64,000 bases of DNA from positions 98,520,001-98,584,000 of the forward strand of contig NW_024704743.1 in NCBI RefSeq assembly GCF_018977255.1, read 5' to 3'. The notes below the pieces were generated by a model. The model was not told the origin of the DNA. It saw only the letters and a list, made by a program, of their open reading frames with translations, and did not search any database. This document shows, piece by piece, positions 63,511-64,000 of the stretch. The position numbers were made by a program, and so were the translations under genes. Positions within the stretch are counted from its first letter, which is position 1. Every line of letters begins with the position of its first letter. This DNA is from Callorhinchus milii (lineage: Eukaryota).

Positions 63511-64000
63511 CGATCTATTAACACAATACCTACCTGCCCGCTCGCTCCGCTTGGGGGTTACTGACCTAGTTTGTGTCCCCGAGCTGCCCACTCCACCATC
63601 TGCTTTTCTGCCCCCACCATCCGGAACTCCATCCAGGAATCCCTCCACCTCACCCCCTCCCTTGCCTTTTTCAAGAGACTGTCCTCTTTGATCATGCTTG
63701 CAGTCATCTCCCACCCCCTACCCTCCACCCTTCTTGATTCCAACCCCAACTCAGGTGCAAACCCTTAACTGTCCAGGGCCTTGGGACATCCCTCTGATGT
63801 AGATTTACTATACCAATGTAATTTTGTTGTTTTTCTTTTAACTATACTTGGGAAAGTACTTTTGAAATTCAAGATAAAGTGGTTGTGTAACTGGAGAGGT
63901 TTGTACACTACTGATTGCATACATCATAGTAAACATATGAACACCATTCAGCCCATTGAACTTGTTGCATCATTTTATTCGACTTTTTTTGACAGGAGAG

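Larger units (their letters stand above)
62045..63832 (+). mobile_element. Older degraded L2 host, in pieces at about 62045-62509, 63310-63338 and 63510-63832
   Basis: Degenerate GIPQDSIFGP and YEDD motifs. The pieces rejoin as ...FKAV|HGLAPPYLCD|LL...; decayed stem-loop and tail at 63775-63832. Confidence 0.8.

Overview
Vertebrate genomic DNA, AT-rich and dense in retroelements. The repeat set (L2 LINEs, tRNA-headed SINEs with Deu-type 3' ends, CR1 and Penelope-like fragments) suggests a cartilaginous fish, probably a holocephalan; this is an inference. The whole window lies inside TRAPPC9 (NIBP) on the minus strand. Three internal coding exons (61352-61494, 44504-44614, 3832-3991) splice in frame across 16.7 kb and 40.5 kb introns. 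Nearly all other listed ORFs are L2 reverse-transcriptase/endonuclease remnants or chance frames. No new protein-coding system is evident. The best signals are: (1) a U12-type AT-AC donor after the last exon; (2) a consensus recursive-splice-site candidate near the middle of the 16.7 kb intron; (3) an L2/SINE partnership with compensatory changes in the 3' stem-loop and an apparent switch of the SINE loop to that of the youngest L2; (4) a frameshift shared by three independent young L2 insertions; (5) several nested insertions and fold-back or templated repair scars. Exon and splice-site coordinates were counted base by base. Repeat boundaries are approximate, and family names rest on recalled consensus motifs, not database searches.
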